A stretch of DNA of 63,917 nucleotides, counting the filler, from Psammoneis japonica (Eukaryota), in the NCBI GenBank assembly GCA_008632985.1. It is 3 parts of 3 records of this genome, joined end to end, with 100 filler letters (N's around TTAATTAATTAA, not from the genome) between each part and the next. Parts side by side here need not be neighbours in the genome. Positions count along the whole stretch, not along the records: positions 54,534 to 63,917 come from QPGO01000495.1; 2 more parts are not named here. One strand, given 5' to 3'. Positions within the stretch are counted from its first letter, which is position 1, and every line of letters starts with the position of its first letter. Of the stretch, positions 62,656-63,917 are shown piece after piece. The notes below the pieces were generated by a model. That model was not told where the DNA came from, searched no databases, and worked only from the letters and a program-made list of their open reading frames with translations. The position numbers were made by a program, and so were the translations under genes.

Positions 62656-63216
62656 GATGACGTTTGGATCTTCAGAAGAGGTGCGATTCCCGACGGATGA
62701 GATGGACGAAGCAAATGTTACTTCTTCGTGATAAAAAGGAGCCACCTTCACAGTTTCTTATTTTCAACCAAACAAGATTTGCGCTGTATGCTTGAGCACG
62801 CACGAAAGATCACCTCCTTGTGATGCCACATGCCACTGCTCATGTTGATATCGTCGCGATCCAACCATCACTTCACAAGATTCCAAATCAGCTGCTTCAG
62901 TATGTTTGCTGTAGAATTCTACAGTTTGTTGAAGCCTCACGAAATTTCCGCCTACCTACCTACCTTGGGTGTCAACTCCACAGCGAATCCCATACTCAAG
63001 TACACACGTAACAACATTACCAGCATTCGTGTATAAAAGCTAAATGTGTAGTCCCACAAACAAACAGCCACCGGCGAAATTTGGCACCCGCCCACCCACT
63101 GAAACAGGAGAGGCCCCAGTTCGTTGAGCCAAAACATTGGGAAGATCAGAGCACACACAGCAACGGCTCTTTAAAATCAGTGGATGAAAAGAGGGAAAGA
63201 CAAACTGCAGACATGG

Positions 63217-63917
63217 CTTAGTTTGGTTTCACCCATTTGGGGATTCCCCAAAATGGCCAGGGCAAGGGGGAGTTGTCTCACCCTTTTGGGGAAATCCCGG
63301 GAAATGGAGGGCGATTTGGCACATGTCTGGTCACACAGGCAGCTCCAAGTTTATGAAAAAAAGAAGAGGAAAAGGAGGAGGAGGAGAGAGGGAGAGATTC
63401 ATTCGTGCCGCAGTGGGGCATGCACGACGCCCAGATGACTGGCGCTTCCGATGCAGGCAGTCGCAGCTCTCCAGCTGGCAAACACTCAAAGAACAGCAAC
63501 ATGCCATGACCCATCTAAATGCATTATCTACTGCTTCGTGCTCATGGAAAATTTACACACACACTGCTGACACTGCCGTTGAGATGCGCAACCGCACGAT
63601 GAGCCAGAACTCCATCACTTTTGAAAGCCGGCTCCACCTCATTTCCTCTCTAGACCCAACTAGATGTGGAAAGCTCCACAATCTGATTCCCAAAGGAACA
63701 AGCATTGTCAAAGGAGTTGAGTTGTGTGGAGCATTGGCACAGAAAGGCCACTTTAAGTGCTTGCAGTCCCAGACATCCATGCTGAAAAAATGACAGGCAA
63801 AATGAAAACATGGTGGAACAACGCACACAACAATTCATTGGGGCAACATGTCACAGTGTGCTCACCAGGGCACCTTTTAGAGGTAGAGCTGAGGCCTTGC
63901 CAATTTTTATGCCCCCA
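63217..63917. mobile_element. Left end of a TIR element of the same family as 32429-33600
   Basis: CTTAGTTTGGTTTCACCCATTTGGGGATTCCCCAAAATGGCCAGGG matches 32429 onward except TTA versus TCA. Confidence 0.75.

Noticed and set aside
62656..62751. ORF-track start at 62751 for the fusion gene
   Set aside because: It is a GTG codon; the first in-frame ATG is at 62655, although an upstream exon cannot be excluded.

Overview
Eukaryotic genomic DNA, most likely from a diatom (inferred from the CoDi-like Ty1/copia elements, short GT-AG introns and gene content). The window appears to be three assembly pieces joined by artificial N-TTAATTAATTAA-N linkers (26990-27001, 54478-54489). About two thirds is repeat DNA: a 23-bp satellite, a 32-bp palindromic satellite, decayed Copia retrotransposons, TIR/MITE elements and unidentified dispersed repeats. 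Two gene islands carry VDAC, LSm3 and an M23 peptidase (42.3-46.9 kb), and VPS37 plus a large lipoxygenase fusion gene (57.1-63.2 kb). Two observations stand out. (1) Repeat DNA, but not the genes, is almost stripped of TpA, and the changes can be polarised as TA->TG/CA (A:T->G:C). Conserved Tyr codons have become Cys/His, TTAA target-site duplications have become TTGA/TCAA, and paralogous copies differ as TA/TG/CA. This looks like a repeat-targeted hypermutation system acting opposite to fungal RIP. (2) One gene of about 1214 aa appears to fuse an ABA4/DUF4281-like membrane domain, a CYP74-like cytochrome P450 and a lipoxygenase, a candidate single-polypeptide oxylipin pathway. All calls come from reading the sequence by eye; no searches or counts were run.
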